Assembly: GCA_964016885.1 (NCBI GenBank)
Contig: OZ024740.1
Coordinates: 321,346,001-321,410,000, forward strand
Direction: 5' to 3'
Length of the DNA stretch: 64,000 bases
Source: Eledone cirrhosa
Lineage: Eukaryota
Position numbers and translations under genes: made by a program. The notes under the pieces were generated by a model. That model had not been told where the DNA came from. It ran no database searches and saw nothing but the letters and a program-made list of their open reading frames with translations. Numbering within the stretch: the first letter of the stretch is position 1; every line of letters starts with the position of its first letter. Below are positions 44,106 through 55,963 of the stretch, in pieces.

Positions 44106-47100
44106 ATTAGAAATATGGTTTGAAAAAAGGTTCAAAGCCATTTAAACCCATTAAAGTAAGGCTTAACTTTGTGAGCCCCTTGACAGGTTTCTTACTCATC
44201 ATGGGGACTTTTTTAAGGCAATATTTTGTAGCTGGATGCCCTTCCTAGCACCAGTCTTTTTAGTCATTTCTTACAATGCATAGATACAAGCATAGAACTT
44301 ACAATGTCCTTACAATGCATAGAACTAGAACAAGAATAAAGTTAAGATAAGTTTAATAGAGTATGGTAATGTAATAAAGCATTTTATATGAAGGTAAAAA
44401 ATCAGTCAATATAAAGTGCAGTCAAGAGCTGAGAAAAAATACAGGATGTTTGAGAATCTTCTAATAAATAAAGAAGTTTCCTTTATATGATTTTTCATAT
44501 CTTGTCCTTTTTTATCATATTTCTAATGAAACACTGCTGGTGATTTGATGTGTTTAAAAACCATCCATCAAAATTTTATGTAAAAACATTTATATTCGTA
44601 ACATTAGTTAAATAATGAGAAAGTTATATTACTAATTGCCTACAAATTCTGGATTATTTTTTAAATGGATTGAAAATCATTTTAAAATTATAAATATGGT
44701 AATGAAGGGGTTAAATGGCTTTCAGTTTTGAAGAATTATTTGTTGGGACAAAATTCTTGTGGTGTCTTGTTGTTACAAACTTATGTTCAGAGTTCAAATC
44801 TTGCAGGAGTTGATAAATAAAAATACTAGTGAAATACTGGGGTCAACTGAATATTCCTATAAAGCAACCAAGATGTGAATGGAAATTTAAAAAACTAAGA
44901 CTGCTTTGCCTCTATTCTTCAATAGTGTCTTTGTTTAGTCTTGAATCTCATATTTTTAAAGAAGTATGTTAACTATGACTATATATACCTTGCTATTGAA
45001 ACAGCAGGAGTTTAGCCATCGGGGCCCCGAATCCTTCATATATTATAACTATACGAAGGCTTTGGGACCCCGAATATTATAACTATATATACCTGCAGAG
45101 CAAGTGGCTGGGTATTTAGCACTCTTTGCTAATCCTACAATATATGCCCCATTCTTACAAATAAAATAATTTCAACTTAGAGTTTGGCAAGCTGTCAACT
45201 CTACTTTTTGATACTTCTTGTTCTGATCATGCTTAGAAAATGACTAAGCTTACATTTTCTATTGCACAGTCAACACTCACCCATGCCAAATCATGTGATA
45301 GGTCAGTAACAACATACAACCCTCCAACTACATTGTATAATTCCAACATAGCAATGATGTTTAGTGATTTATTTATTGATTGCAGTAATTATAATGATGA
45401 TGATTTATTTTAATTAAACATATATATATATATATATATATGAAAGAATCATGACTCTGACAGCTGAGCTCTTGCCATTTCAACAGCTAGGTCTGGAATT
45501 AGCTGTTGAAACAGCAAGAGCTCAGCCATCTAGGTTATGACTCTTTCATATCATACTCTACTACCCCAAGTATTGAGTACTCTGGTGAATAATGGTCTAA
45601 ACAGATTTTTAGATCCTTTAAAGTTCAGTAATGTTTTTCTGAAGTTTACACCCTAAGCAGCTGTCTACTTGGCTTTAATGGTAGCGTTGGTCCTGTATAT
45701 CTGACTATTATGTCTATATACATTGCTATATTTGCTGAATAATAATATATTATGAATTACATATATAGTTTTTATTATCCTTCTTACCCCATCCCAATAG
45801 CCATTCTTATTCCGCACTTTTATTGGGTTAGTGATGGCTTTTGAGTCTATAACTGACAATCTGTTTAGTGCCGGTGACATAAGAAATGCACCCAGTACAC
45901 CTTGTAAAGTGGTCGGTGATGGAAAATTCACTCCAATTTAGGAAATCTGCTAAACAAAAATTTGGCTGGACTCTTCAGTTATATAAAAGACATGACAACC
46001 TCCCTAATGCTAGTGCTATGATAAAATGCACTCAAAAGAGTGCTGGAACATATGTAAGTCAGATGCGGGGTTCCTGGCCTGTCTGAACACTTGGTAAAGT
46101 GTGGGAACATCTGTGAGGATCTGTCCAAACCTTGTTAACTGGGAAAATGGACATTAGATGACGATAATATATATATAAGGTATATTAGTAATTGGTTTAA
46201 AAATAATAATAATGAAATTATTGTGTAAAGTGCTCAGGTGCACTACAACTCGTCAAAGGTGCATGTATGGTACATAGAATAATATACAAATGTCAGGGAA
46301 GTCTGTTACTTGAGTCTATGAATCTTAGTAACTGTCTCAGCATACAGGTGTTTCTGACTCAACACATGAAATTCCGCTCGTTCTTAGGGTGATCTTCAGA
46401 AGGTACCGCAATAGATAATCCATAGAGTAATTATGATTATATATATATCCTTTATTAAGGCCAAGTTTAAGTTTTGTTGCGGTGGAGTTTCTTCTGTGTA
46501 CTCCCAGGGTCATCAGACAAGTCTTGTTAGATGACTTTGTGAATACACAGGAGAAATTCCTGAGTAAGTAACAAGACACCAACTTGGCCTTAATAAAGAA
46601 AATATTAATCTATACTATGATACTATTACATTTGTATATATATGTGTGTGTGTATATATATATATATGCAAATGTGTGTTTGTATGTATATAATATCTAC
46701 AAAATATAATCTCTATCTATGATATCACATCTGTATATATATGTGTGTGATGTTGAGAGCATATATATAAGCAAATGTGAGTTTATATATATTATCTATT
46801 AAGTATAATCACTACCTATGATCTTATGATCTATTCTTTTGACTCTTTAATCATATTATGCAGCGTTATTGGTAGCTTGGTAGTAAGTTATTTCACTGGT
46901 ATTACAGTCTTCAGGTAGGGATCAATAAAACTGCTCTATCAGACAGTCAGAGATACAACTTATGTCTAATTATATACTGTAATAGCAGTAGCTAAATAGC
47001 ATCTAAGATACAGACGACATAACAATGCGTTGGAATACAATATATTAAGACCTTTCATATAAAACTTACTGAAACTCTATCTGGTTCTGTGATACAAAGC

Positions 47101-48901
47101 TGTTTATTTTTAAATGTTTATTTACTTAAAAAAACAACTTTCCATTATAATTTTAAGATACTTTGTTAAATTATGTTCCAAACACCAACTTAATAATATA
47201 TATATAATTATAATTTATACATCATTATCATTTAATGGACACATACAATCATACATACATATATACATACCTCCCTCCCTACCTACCTACATACATACAT
47301 ACACACATACACATATACACATACATATTAGAATATGACGTACACAGTATCGTGATCATTGTTGTTATTGGAAAGATTATGCAAAATTTCATGTTGATAC
47401 TGTGAAGTAGGAAATTTATTTGATTCTGTAGTATTTTAAGTAGCTTAGCTTAGAGACAGCAATTAAGGTGAGGTTGGCTCACACCTGCGTAAAATTCCTC
47501 ACCAGTTTCAGAAACCACCAGCAATATATATATGTGTGTGTGTACCACAATATATAAACAGTTTGATGGATGAGGGGGGTTACATGTAAAATCTATCGGA
47601 AATATTAAATAAAAGTTGCAGGCATTATGATATAAGTAGCTTTGAAAGTTTAATAAATGAAAAGAAAAGAAGAAAAATATTTCGTACAAAGAAATTTTTT
47701 TTTTTTTTAATTTTTTTTTTTTACATAGAACCATGACAACGTATAAGGAAGTGAATTGACAGGGGAAGAATTTGTGTTTAAAGTGGCAGAGCCATTAATT
47801 ATTGACAATTTTATTTGAATTATCAACGTATGTGCGTGTGTAGACTTGAACTATTTTAATATTTATATAAGATATTCATTAAATAATAATAATAATAATT
47901 GTTTCTACTTTTGGCCCAAGGCCAGCAATTATTTCAGTGTATTACTGGTACTTTATTTTATCGACCCCATAAGGATGAAAGGCAAAGACATCTAATGCAG
48001 GAAACCACGTTTCTCATAAAATTAACGGATAAAGTAATTATAAATTTTGAATTAATTGGACGAAAAATTGATTTTAAAACAAATAATTAAATACTTTGGT
48101 CTGTTGGCATAACAGAATTTTAGCAACATATGCAAATTAATTTATATTTAATTACATAGTAGTTTTATTTTGTAAGTTCATTTTTTTTCAATAGAATGCA
48201 TACTAATAAAGTCAATTTATATTTTAGAGAAAGTAAATTTTAAATCCCGACAATTAATTATTGCTACGATGTAATAAATATATCGATATATAATCATAAT
48301 TGATTTTGTTTAGACAATGTAGGAGTAGAATATATATTTCATTCTAGAAAGAAGTAGTAATTTGTCTTTATATAATTAGGAAGGCGGATAGTAATATAGT
48401 CAAAAAAATATTTTTAAAAGTCACAATTTTGACTAGAAAAAAATGTCATTATATATATATATGCAATAGTCACAGTAATTAAACATATAATATATTTAAG
48501 TCAGAAATTAACTGCTAATACACGACTTGTAGACAATAGCAACACAATTTATATTAACACACTTTATAAAATTACACATATCACGTTTTATTTTATTTTA
48601 AATACCGCCCAAAAATCTTAAGGGAAAATGGAAAACAAAATGCATAAAATCCATAATTTATTGAAGTTTTTACAGTATGTAACGAGACTACAAGTAGTTT
48701 ATATATATTATATATATATATTTATATTTATAAACGTGTATGTGTGTAAGTTTAAAAGAAATTTGAAAAAGTGTCAGTTATTGTCTATTATTAGTGTAAA
48801 TTATCTCCCTTGACCAACACTAACCCGCTAACTAAGGCAGCAGCTTGTCGTCTCCTCTCTATTGTCTTCTATCAACAAATGATGAGATATTGGCGCTAAT
48901 G

Positions 48902-49440
48902 TGAAGGCGCGGGGCTTAGTGGTTAGAATGTTCGGCTCACGATCGTAAGCTCATAAGTTCGATTCCTGGTGGTGCTTTATTCTTGAGCAAGGCACTTTAT
49001 TTTCCGTTCCTCCAGCCTATTGAGCTGGTAATTATGTGTTATACTTACAATTCAACCTTGTTATAAAATGAACCCTAAGAATCTCTCGAGAACTACGTTA
49101 AGTGTATGAGTGTCTGAGAAATACCCAGTCACGTGCATTATAATACAAGATGGACTGTACCTGTAATTTAGGACCAGCCATGCCACACAATGTGCCACGC
49201 CGAATTTTCCTGAGAACTACGTTAAGGGTACGCATGTCTGTGGAATGCTCGGCCACTTACACTACAATACAAGATAAACTGTAGCTGTAATTCGAAGGGC
49301 TGAATCTCCTTGAGAATAACGTTAAGGGTACATCTTATCTATGGAATATTCAGCCACTTGCACGTTAATTATACGAGCAGACTGTTCCGTTGTTTGAACA
49401 ACTGCAACACTCGTCGCTGCAACCAACGAAGGTCCAGCAT
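48902..49440 (+). mobile_element. CORE-like SINE with an internally triplicated 3' segment
   Basis: GAAGGCGCGGGGCTTAGTGGTTAG head; gagaactacgttaagggtac-like block repeated three times; ends at (CA)n. Confidence 0.7.
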
Positions 49441-50360
49441 GCACACACACACACACACACACACACAGAGGTGATAATCGAAATATATCCAACAAATTCT
49501 ATATTTGTCTTCATAAAAGGTCACTATTTAGAAATATCTTCACCTATAATAATTATTAAAACCAGCTGTACTTCCTTAGATTTTTATATTTAACTCTGGA
49601 GTTCTGTAGGAAAATTCTAAAATATGAAATGTGTTAAAATTTCTTTTTAAAATACTAATTATTATTATTATTATTATTATTATCGATTTTACTTCTCCGA
49701 TAGTAAATTGGGTTGATTATTTATTCAATCGTTATATTGAATTGGGAAGAATTTGTTCTGTAGAAGCCTGGTTTTATTTAATTTTTTAAATGTTACGATA
49801 TTAAAATTATAATCTATTCAATGAAAACATATATTTATATGTGAATAAAAATAATAATCATTTAAAATATTACACACATAACACATTGCTGAGATGTAAG
49901 ACAATAGAGAAGGCTTTGTTTTAAAAAAATCGACATAAAGATCGATAGACAAAGTGTTATTTTTTCTAATAAAATAAGAAAATATGTATGAAAGTGTTGA
50001 TCGAAGAAGATTTTATATTTTAAAAATAAATATTAAAACAAAAAAAAAAAGTTTAAGTAGAAAGAACACGTGGAGAATAGTGCAGTAAAATAAGGACAGC
50101 TCCCTCAGTTTACTACTTGCAAACGATATATAGTAAAAGGTTTGGCTTCGATAACTACGGATGCGCATTGGTACAACAATTAAGAACCGTGACTCGATAT
50201 CTCAACTATAATACGCCATATCTCCCTCCCCCCACCCCTCTCTATATATATACATATACATGCTGGATTTTCTAATCTACCAGTCTCTTCTTAGCGCTGA
50301 GGGAGACCATCACCATTCTATTAATGTCGATATAATTCTTATATCGATATTATTTGGGCA

Positions 50361-50482
50361 TCCACTGATGAGTTTATAGGAGCCCGCTTGTGTATAAAAC
50401 TGGATTATATACAAGTTTCTACATAACCTGAAAATTATTTATCCCAAATTGTAGAAATCTTATAACGAAACGGCCGTCTGGA
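50361..50482 (+). ncRNA. Minimal type I hammerhead ribozyme with extended stem II
   Basis: TCCA-CTGATGA-GTTTATAGGA...TCTTATAAC-GAAA-CGGCCG-TC-TGGA. Core boxes are intact, stem II closes with G-C, stem III is the palindrome ACGGCCGT, the cleavage triplet is GUC, and stem I is TCCA/TGGA. Confidence 0.75.
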
Positions 50483-50672
50483 AGGAAAGATATTTATTTA
50501 ATAATGTCTCATATAAAATAATACAACCAGCTATCCACGAAATACTGATTAGTTAGCACCCCAAACACTAAATTGGGATATCCTAATGTTTGTTGAGTGA
50601 GATGGAGTTGGTCGGAGTATCGCTTAAGGCTTTCTCTGTTTATGTATTGTATACATATATATATGTGTGTAT

Positions 50673-50738
<66 letters not shown>

Positions 50739-53020
50739 GTGAATTTAAATCGATTTGTTGACATAGAGGCCATATATATTTTATTAAGGCTAAATAGTGG
50801 GTCTTGTTATTCTGGAGTTTCACCTGTTTATCATAGGGTGATCTGATGACCCTGTGATAAACAGGCCAAACTCCAGAGTAACAACGCTCACTATTAATAA
50901 AATTAATAAAACTCTATTTCAGTATTGAGTACTGTGTTCTCTCAGCCGTCAACTACATAGATATATATTGAGTAGTACTCGATGCATGCTAAGATGCAGG
51001 GCGGATATATTAATGAGGTAGAGACCTTACCGCGAGATCGAATGGTTGGTTTCAGTTTGAAGCTACTCAAAGCTTTAGGGTACATATATATCCGCCATGT
51101 CACTGCAATAAGTTCACTTTCCAATCACAAGATTCTAGGTTCTAACTCTACATTTGTCCCTGTAAATATTTATTTCTCCAAAGTTACTCATACATTTCAT
51201 CCAATCTTGTATGTCATTTTTACATATATGTTAAACATTTCTGTAATTATAACTTAGAAATAAATTATTATCAACATAAACTATATGGTTTCTCTTATGC
51301 AAACCATTAATTTATCAAAACGCAAATTTCCCAGTTTGTATGATTGTTCATACATCCAGTAATCTTAGTGTGTATTCTAGAAATAGTGTTAACATATATG
51401 CATACGTTTTTGGAATAAAGAGCTTTTTGGTTGCACGTATAGTGTGAACGGAAAACATTGCAAGGATGGAAGAACGGAAATCAATATACTTAGTTGGTAA
51501 TTGGGTGGATTCGATATACGACATATCAATGTCTCGTTCAACTGCAACGTGTTTTATATTTAGACAGTTGCAACAAAAGAAAACAATGATTGATCTAGCT
51601 GTTTCCTGGTCTAACTGGGTTCTGTTGAGCAGAAAGAGGGTGAGTGAGTGACTGTGCGCGCGAATGTGTGTGTGTGAGAGAGAGAGAGAGATTTGCGTTT
51701 CGCTTATATAGCCATTATTTGGCTGAGATGTACAGCTTTCTTGTTGGTAATAAACCTGTGAAAACATGATGAACACCTAAAACGTCATCTGGTTGCATAA
51801 GGGTTGCTATAAACTTTTGGTCTGGTCTCTATCAACCGGCATGATTGAAAACATCCAACTACAAAACCAGAAGCATAGCCTACTGTATTACAATAAATGC
51901 CGCCATTGACCTGATTTAAAAACCTAAACTATTACATGGACATATAAGTTAACGCATTATATGTTCCATATGTCTGGTATGCTATTATTACTCTAGCATC
52001 CAGACATAGGAATAGTTGACATATTGGGTTTATTAATCTACACTTCTGAGTTTCTTTTGAAAACAACACAATCTGTAGAAGACGTGTAGTTTTTAAATCG
52101 TTACTTTTAATTCATGTCTTGCCTACATTTTCTGAGCCACACCTCTCAAATTACAGAAATTAGAGAAAATCTCATTGTAAATTTCCAGTCTGAGCTTATA
52201 CATTCTGTAATGTTTTTGTTAGATATTGCAATATGCATTGCAAAAAGCTCTCGGGCGATGATAGGTCTGATTTTAAAATGTATTTTTTAGAAAGTGGAAG
52301 AACTCTTAAACCATTTCACATTTTAACTTAAGAAAAAACCCTTTTTTAAAAGCAAGTAAGATTTACAGTAGAATTGTCTCAATGCAACAAAAATGTTGAC
52401 ACCAAGAAATAAATGATAAACCTATTAATGTTTTTGAATAGCTAAAATGACTCTTCCTTGATGCAGTTGCTTTAGTTTCCACTTGCCAAACATGTACAAC
52501 TCTTAAATTATCTTAAAGCAACATATTAAAAAAATATAAGTTTATTCAAATTGCCTAACACTTACATTTTTAACAATTTCCCAAAATACTTCGTGGCACA
52601 TTTAGTTTTAAATACTTTTGGAATATCAGTGTATGTTCCTAACTGTAAAATGCTGAAGGCAAATTGTAATATTTCTGTCTTGGAGACAGCAAGTAAAGAG
52701 GAACCAGTTCATTTCGGGAAATACTCAAGTTTATTGATTTTCTCAACATTGCTAAATATTCAGTAGTTTGTCAATGTGTGGCAATGACATGTTGCAACTC
52801 TGTGAGCAATTTGGGTTTCAAGAATAGGCAGTGTTGTTAAGGTACCAGTAGCTATATCACAGTGGTTGAAACAGAACTTATCATAATAACCGAATCTAGT
52901 GTTCTCTATGACGACGTTAAATATTTATCACTGATTGACTCATCCCTAATGGTTAAGCCCTGTCACCGTTTCGGTTAACACTTTGTTCATATTAGATATA
53001 CCAAATAATTGGAAAGAATT

Positions 53021-53098
53021 CTTTCTTCTTCTTCTTCTTCTTCTTCTTCTTCTTCTTCTTCTTCTTCTTCTTCTTCTTCTTCTTCTTCTTCTTCTTCT
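53021..53098. repeat. (TTC)n microsatellite
   Basis: Pure TTC run; the source of the spurious poly-K and poly-S ORFs. Confidence 0.98.
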
Positions 53099-53261
53099 CC
53101 CTCTCCTCTCTCTCTATATATGTACTATAATATGTATATAAATGTGTGTGTGTATATATTATTGGGTTCTGATCTAGTGATCTTAGTAGTTCACAAACGA
53201 GGAAGAACTCAATGTCTAATTTAGAGTAAATATATAACTTCATTTATTCATTTTCTTACAA

Positions 53262-53315
53262 CATAGCTACAGTGTTTCAGCAAAAGGAGTGTCCGCCTGG
53301 CCTCTTCAGACTATA
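53262..53315 (-). ncRNA. Putative minimal type I hammerhead ribozyme
   Basis: Minus strand TATAGT-CTGAAGA-GGC...GCT-GAAA-CACTG-TA-GCTATG; stem I ATAGT/GCTAT; GUA triplet; AATAAA just downstream. Confidence 0.5.
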
Positions 53316-53463
53316 CTATCTTTTTGAAAAAAAAATTCACACACAGACATATATAAATGAAATAATTATCTTCTGTTGTTTATTACATAACTAATAAGCT
53401 CTGTAGCTTACATAGAACACTCTTTTTTCCTGTACCTTTCCGACGGAATTACTTCATTTACAG

Positions 53464-53546
<83 letters not shown>

Positions 53547-53885
53547 GGGTTTTCCAGAAGAAAACCTATTTTACTATGAAACTATTGCGAGAAGGCGCAG
53601 TAATGAAGTTGGTAAGAATAATGACAGGTTGAGCCTCCGTAAAAATAAATAGCAGCAACAATAAAAAAGTTGGAATTAGTTAATGGCGGTACAATGTTAA
53701 GTTCGTTTCAGTAACGGCGGAATGAATTGATTAAAACTGTAAAAGTAAAATTGATCGGATGCTTAACATTTTCAAAGTATTCTTAAAACTGTAAAATCTA
53801 TTTGCATTATATTACATCACATATGAGTTAAAAAGGAATTATATTATTATGTATATATAAAATAATAAATATAATATAATATATG

Positions 53886-53989
<104 letters not shown>

Positions 53990-54125
53990 GGTTTGAAGGT
54001 TCACCACTGGATAGAGCTGGTCAATTCCGTATGGTCAATCTTAATGTAATAATATGGAGAGTACTCAACTTAAAGCAGTTCAACCGTCTTCGTTTTTGTA
54101 GTTGGTGGTGCTAGTACGGAGTTAA

Positions 54126-54486
54126 ATATTATAATAAAATGACAGGAGGCTGGACTTGTGTAAATCCTTGAAAGGTTTATTATACTATGATCATTTCAAT
54201 GACCGGGTTTCGTATGAATCCGGTGATATCATCAGGTATTCGAAATACAATAAATGAATGTAATAGATAAAATCTTGAGGGCGACCGGCTAAAGTGGAAG
54301 ATGCTAGATGGTCAATCGTCCTCCTGTCTTTGATTTTCAGCCCCATGGATTTTATCTATTACATTCATTTATTGTATTTCGAATACCTGATGATATCACG
54401 GGATTCATACGGAACCCGGTCATTGAAATGATCATAGTATAATAAACCTTTCAAGGATTTACACAAGTCCAGCCTCCTGTCATTTT

Positions 54487-54496
<10 letters not shown>
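54126..54496. repeat. Near-perfect inverted repeat (~146-bp arms, ~78-bp spacer) with a hammerhead-like core in each arm
   Basis: Arms are 54126-54271 and 54351-54496. The minus strand of the left arm reads CTGATGA...CGAAACCCGGTC, then AATAAA. Confidence 0.9.
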
Positions 54497-54554
<58 letters not shown>

Positions 54555-54558
<4 letters not shown>

Positions 54559-54772
54559 TTAATATAGATGAGATTCTACAGGACTAGAACTGTTTCATTC
54601 TTTAGAAATCATCAGGAATTTGGCTTTCCAAAAATAAATATTGTGGTATTTATATCTTTTCACCTGAAAAGATATAAATACCACAACATTTATTTTTGGA
54701 AAGCCAGATTCCTGATGATTTCTAAAGTATGAAACAGTTCTAGTCCTGTAGAATCTCATCTATATTAAAACT
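54555..54772. repeat. Near-perfect palindrome (~108-bp arms) with hammerhead-like core
   Basis: Centre ttttca-cc-tgaaaa; CTGATGA at 54712-54718, GAAAC at 54731-54735, GTC at 54743-54745. Confidence 0.9.
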
Positions 54773-54841
54773 TTTATACTCTGCTATGTATTGAGTACCT
54801 TACTTACTGTGGTTACCTCCAATTCAACCCGGAATAACTTA

Positions 54842-54907
<66 letters not shown>

Positions 54908-54990
54908 AACCTATTACCCACTCTACTACCCCAAGTATTGAGTACTTTGGTGCGTTATGGTCCACCTGGTTCCTTACCACATTTCCTTCG

Positions 54991-55061
<71 letters not shown>

Positions 55062-55287
55062 AAGAGATAGATAGATAGATAGATATAGATATAGATCCCC
55101 TAATGAAATCGGGGGTAACCACAATAAAAAAAGTTTAAAAAAAAGGCTCTCAATACATAAGTTGAGTGAGAATAACGAAATTTAATATAGAAATGGCTTC
55201 TACAGGACTAGAACTGTTTTATTCGTATGAAATCATCAGGATGATTTCCATCGACTAAAACAGTTCTAGTCCTGTAGAAGCCATTTG

Positions 55288-55326
<39 letters not shown>

Positions 55327-55634
55327 GAGTTTAAATTATATTATAATGCATTTATGAAATAATAAATATAATATATTTGTATATAATATATATGTGTGTG
55401 CACAACAATAAAAAAAAAAATGCTTCCGTATACTAAAAAAAAAAAAATTTTCTACTCTTAGCAATGCAAGTAATATATATTTATTTATTATGTTCCGTTT
55501 GGTGAACCATACTTAGCCTCTGTCCCAGTTGAATTAAGAGTGAGTCCCTGCAGCTGAACTACAATCCGGGCATTTCTCACTCAACATTTTCTCTACGACG
55601 CCATAGCTTGGCATACAGGAACGAATACCCAGTC

Positions 55635-55641
55635 ATGTCTG
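55635..55641 (+). CDS. SEPHS2: Probable first coding mini-exon of SPS2 (ATG TCT G)
   Basis: gtcATGTCTG|GTGAAT joins in frame through an 85-nt intron to exon 55727 (MSDVQEPC...). An alternative start is the ATG at 55771. Confidence 0.55.
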
Positions 55642-55726
55642 GTGAATATTTTATCAGCTTTTACCAATTTTCTCTGCATTACTTTTTATTCGATTAGGAT
55701 TATAATTTTTTTTCTTTTAATTTTAG

Positions 55727-55963
55727 ATGTTCAGGAGCCATGTCCACCGGAGGAACCCCGAGATCTGTCTATGCGGCGACCTTTCGATCCTGTCGCCCAT
55801 GACTTGGATCCAAAATTCCGACTCACCAAATATGCTGACCTGAAGGGATGAGGGTGTAAGGTCCCCCAGGAAGCCCTGCTCAAGCTTCTTGAGGGACTAC
55901 AACAGGACAGCAGTGCCCAGGAGTCTGAACACTTCCAATACATTGCTAGTGTTCCTCGAATAG
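55727..55963 (+). CDS. SEPHS2: Selenophosphate synthetase (SPS2/SelD family) N-terminal exon with in-frame UGA; the gene continues beyond the window
   Basis: ttttAG / GTAAGC bounded; ...[27 protein letters not shown](TGA 55849-55851)[38 protein letters not shown]. LKGUGCKVP is the SPS2 active-site motif. Confidence 0.93.
55861..55897 (+). promoter_or_regulatory. SRE-like (Sec redefinition/readthrough) RNA stem-loop downstream of the UGA
   Basis: GTCCC-C-CAGGAAGC [CCTGCTCAA] GCTTCTTG-A-GGGAC: 13 pairs (one G-U) with one C/A mismatch, separated from the UGA by 9 nt. Confidence 0.6.

Noticed and set aside
52992-53243. Poly-Lys and poly-Ser ORFs
   Set aside because: These are translations of a (TTC)n microsatellite.
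55558-55574. ZNF143/Staf-like motif ACTACAATCCGGGCATT upstream of SPS2
   Set aside because: Only a partial match that lacks the TCCCA core; not distinguishable from chance.
55849-55851. TGA as a true stop or pseudogenising mutation (ORF 55642..55851 ends here)
   Set aside because: It falls exactly at the SPS2 Sec position, and conserved coding sequence continues in frame to a canonical donor.
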